NCBI GenBank assembly: GCA_963768655.1
Contig: CAVYIM010000003.1
Coordinates: 224,001-288,000 of the forward strand
Direction: 5' to 3'
Source of the DNA: an uncultured Chloroflexia bacterium
GTDB taxonomy: Bacteria; Chloroflexota; Limnocylindria; Limnocylindrales; CSP1-4
Length of the DNA: 64,000 nucleotides
Shown here: positions 61,019-64,000 of the stretch, piece after piece
Numbering within the stretch: the stretch's first letter is position 1
Layout: the number at the start of each line of letters is the position of its first letter
Program-made: the position numbers and the translations under genes
Notes under the pieces: model-generated
The model's input: only the letters and a program-made list of their open reading frames with translations
Database searches by the model: none
Told to the model about the DNA's origin: nothing

Positions 61019-62155
61019 TTGAAGGTTCGTTTCGACCGCATCGCCCTCATCCAGGCAGCCATGCGCGAGCGGGGCTGGATCGCCTTGGTCATCCTCAACC
61101 ACGACGACTACCGCTATCTATTCGGAACGGACAGAACCCAACCGAGGGCTCTGATCCCGTTCGAGGGGCCACCGGAGCTGATCGCCTTCACCGGCGAGGA
61201 GCCCGAGCTTCGGGCCTCCCTGGCCGAGGGGAAGGTGCGGGTGTTCGGCAGCGTTGGCGGCCAGATCCACGACATCGTCGGGCGGCTGCGCGAGATCGCC
61301 GCCGCCGCGCCGGCTGAGTGGGCCAGCGGCGGTCGCTCCAAGGTCGGACTGCAGATGTGGTTCGCCACCCCTGCCTTCCTGGTCGACCTGTTCAAGCAGG
61401 TGAACCCACAGGTCGAGGTGGTCTCGTCGGACCCGGTCATGGATCCGCTGCGGATGATCAAGGAGACCGACGAACTCGCCCTCATGACCGAAGCCCAGCG
61501 TATCGCCGGACTCGGCATGGATCGGGCACGAGAGCTGCTGCGCCCAGGCGTCACCGCCCACGAGATCGCGACCGAAGTCACCTACACGATGATGCGAGCC
61601 GGAGCCGAGGGCACGAGCACGCCGATCTACGCCAACTTCGGCGTCGAAACGTGCATGCTCCACGGCCGCCTCAGCCCGGAGCCGCTCCAGCCGGGACAAC
61701 TGGCCGTGATCGATCTGACGCCGCAGGTGGACGGCTACTGTGCCAACCTGGCTCGGACATTCGTGCTGGGCGAGCCCGATGCCCGCCAGGCCGAGCTGAT
61801 CGCCACGTACCGCGCGATCGTGGCTGCCGTCCGCGCGGGCATGCGACCGGGGGTCACCACAGCCGATCTCGACGCAATGGCCAAGGGCGTCTGCGTGACC
61901 CACGGCCTCGGCGACTATCAGGTGTACGGCATCGGCCATGGCATCGGCCTGCGTTTCGAGGAGCCCCCCGCCTCGACCATCATTCCGCCCCACCGGAGCC
62001 TGCCTCTGTCCGAGGGCATGACAGTCACCATCGGGCACCCGATCCTTGCCATCCCCGGGTTCGGCGGCGTCCGCTTCGAAGACGTCTACCGCGTCGGCGC
62101 ATCCGGATCGGCGATCCTCTTCGACTACCCGATCGAGCCCATCGTCCGAGCTTGA
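61019..62155 (+). CDS. Xaa-Pro aminopeptidase (M24) family protein
   Basis: LRMIKETDEL, IDL...GYCANLART, GHGIGL...EEPP, GGVRFED; TTG start after GGAGG. Confidence 0.88.
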   Translation: MKVRFDRIALIQAAMRERGWIALVILNHDDYRYLFGTDRTQPRALIPFEGPPELIAFTGEEPELRASLAEGKVRVFGSVGGQIHDIVGRLREIAAAAPAEWASGGRSKVGLQMWFATPAFLVDLFKQVNPQVEVVSSDPVMDPLRMIKETDELALMTEAQRIAGLGMDRARELLRPGVTAHEIATEVTYTMMRAGAEGTSTPIYANFGVETCMLHGRLSPEPLQPGQLAVIDLTPQVDGYCANLARTFVLGEPDARQAELIATYRAIVAAVRAGMRPGVTTADLDAMAKGVCVTHGLGDYQVYGIGHGIGLRFEEPPASTIIPPHRSLPLSEGMTVTIGHPILAIPGFGGVRFEDVYRVGASGSAILFDYPIEPIVRA

Positions 62156-62321
62156 CCCAGGGAGTGCACGAGGGGCGGGCGACGAGATGAGGAACAGGAA
62201 CGACAAGGGCCGCTCAGTGTCGCAGGCGGCCACGATCCTGCTTGTGACGTCGCAGCGCAGTCGGCCTAGTAAGTGCCTGGCCTGAGGCCCGGCCTCGATC
62301 GACGCAGGCCCTTCGTTCGCA

Positions 62322-62785
62322 CCGGCAAGCTAGAGGCCGTCTGGGATGGCACAGCCGGATCATCGGCCGATGTCATCTTCGATGTCACTGGCTACTTCAC
62401 TGCCGGCTCGGGTGGTCTGTCCTACTACCCGATCGCACCGGTTCGGGTTCTCGACTCCTCGGTCAGTCTCGGACTGTCGGGTACCTTCGCGAGCCGGAGC
62501 GCGAGACTCTTCACCATCGGCGGTACTGCTGGTGTCCCCTCTGGTGCCGCCGGCATCAGCGGCAACCTGACGGTGCTATCTCCCTCAAGCGCTGGCTGGG
62601 CTCTCGTATCACCCGAGATCGTCGCCACTCCGACCACCTCTACCCTCAACGTCGCCTCCGGACACAGTGAGGCCAACGGCTTCGATGTCGCTCTGGGGGC
62701 CTCGGGTCATGTCGCTCTCGAGTGGGCCGGCACCACCGGCTCCAGCGCCAACATCGCTCTCGATATCACCGGCTACTGGAAGTAG
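62322..62785 (+). pseudogene. C-terminal fragment of a cell-surface protein repeat domain
   Basis: VIFDVTGYF, PIAPVRVLDS, GVPSGAAGISGNLTV, ALDITGYW; no credible start codon. Confidence 0.6.
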
Positions 62786-62950
62786 CGGGCGGACGCTCGC
62801 TACTCGGCTCTTTCGACCCTTGCCTCCGGCTAGAGCTAGGTGGCGGTGGTTCGGGTGGCCGATCAGCGCGGGGGGTTACCGGCAAATGCGCCACGAGGCG
62901 GCCATCGTGCGGACGTACCTGGCCGGCGGAATAGGCCGGGGTTGCTTGGT

Positions 62951-63331
62951 TCACTCAACCTTCGTTTTGGCCTTTCCGGCGATCTCTTGGACCTTGTACT
63001 CCACGATTCGGCGGATCAGGTCCCGTGGCAATGGCCGGCCGATGGGGAAGCGCGCAGAGCTCTTCCCGTTCTGGTAAGGCTCGAGTTCCGTCTTGAACGC
63101 TTCCACCCGGCTCGGCACCGGATAGAGCCCGACGTGCTTCTCGTAACCGGCGAAGAAGACCAGGTGTCGCCCGTTCAGGTCGAACGTCGGGATCGCGTAG
63201 CTGATCGTCTCCGTCGCCCCGGGTGCCGATGCCTTGATGATTGCGCGCAGCTCTTCCAGCATCGCCCGAGTCTCGGGACGGAACCCCGCGATGTATTCGT
63301 CGATGGAGTTCGCATTCGATCTGGTCGCCAT
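62951..63331 (-). CDS. DUF1801 (YdhG-like) protein
   Basis: SIDEYIAGF, ETISYAIPTF, FAGYEKHVGLYP, LPRDLIRRIV. Confidence 0.88.
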   Translation of the reverse strand: MATRSNANSIDEYIAGFRPETRAMLEELRAIIKASAPGATETISYAIPTFDLNGRHLVFFAGYEKHVGLYPVPSRVEAFKTELEPYQNGKSSARFPIGRPLPRDLIRRIVEYKVQEIAGKAKTKVE

Positions 63332-63622
63332 TCTCGACACCTGCCTGGTCCCTGGATCAGCGCGTCCGACCACGCCGGCTCGCTTGTGCATACGCACTGC
63401 CCCGATTCGAGCGCAATTCCTGCAGGCTGGCCGGGCGGCCCGCCCTTGGACCGCCCCGCGAGCCGGATGGCCAGGGCGCCCTTCTCTGTTCAGCCACCGT
63501 GCGGGCCGCGCACAGCGTCCTGCTCTTGTCCTTGGCGTGACTCGTCGATCGCGCCCCTAGCAGGCGGGCGACGGAAGAGCGCCTTGTCAGATTGAGCACC
63601 TCACAATGGCGCTGCCTCTGCC

Positions 63623-64000
63623 CTACGGCTGGTACAGCTCGGCCGAGGCCGAGTAGTCAGAACCGCCGGAGCCGCCGGCGATGAGGACGCGACCGTCGGA
63701 CAGCAGCGTGGCGGTTTGAACGTTGCGGGCGGTGCCCATCGACCCAGTCGCGCTAAAGGTGCCGCTCGCGGGCTCGTACAACTCGGCCGAGTCCAGACCG
63801 GACCATAGGGAACTGTCGCTCCCCCCTGCGATAAGGACACGGCCATCACGCAGCGCTGTGGCGGAGTGCCAGGCGCGGGCGGTGGTCATCGACCCTGTCC
63901 CGCGGAAGGTGCCGGTCTGGCCGTCGTAGAGCTCCGCTGTGGAAAGACTGTTCGAGTGGGCGTCCATGCCTCCAGCGATGAGGACGAGTCCGCTGGCAAG
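63623..64000 (-). CDS. Kelch-repeat protein (5' part outside window)
   Basis: Repeated ATxLxDGRVLIAGG...SAELY units. Confidence 0.9.
   Translation of the reverse strand, partial: LASGLVLIAGGMDAHSNSLSTAELYDGQTGTFRGTGSMTTARAWHSATALRDGRVLIAGGSDSSLWSGLDSAELYEPASGTFSATGSMGTARNVQTATLLSDGRVLIAGGSGGSDYSASAELYQP

Larger units (their letters stand above)
40784..64000. mobile_element. tRNA-anchored accessory region / decayed genomic island (no integrase seen; right end not in window)
   Basis: att-like repeats of the tRNA 3' end, visibly less GC-biased codons, unlinked cargo, many gene fragments. Confidence 0.6.

Overview
Very GC-rich bacterial chromosome segment. It looks like a monoderm of the Chloroflexota/Actinomycetota type (many lipoproteins, leaderless genes); this taxonomy is inference only. 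The left part (1-40.7 kb) is core metabolism: folD-fhs, hutU/formiminotransferase/hutI, argS, phosphoketolase, a FAH-tdh-kbl-radical SAM-PHP-MBL gene run, LacI plus a GH13 enzyme, and three MFS transporters. Several of these genes carry in-frame tandem-repeat expansions, and a candidate C-rich small RNA lies at ~19.9 kb. A tRNA-Glu(TTC) gene at 40707-40783 marks the start of an accessory region running to the window end. It begins with a ~735-bp duplication that starts with the tRNA 3' end, contains a single gene bracketed by a 22-bp direct repeat and several further att-like scars, and has no recognisable integrase. Its cargo includes an orphan CpaF/TadA ATPase fused to a Rid-family domain, a COG4705/COG4280 membrane cluster, a GH53 galactanase, a large HExxH+VWD surface protein, lipoproteins and many gene fragments. 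All calls are by-eye motif recognition; no database search was run.
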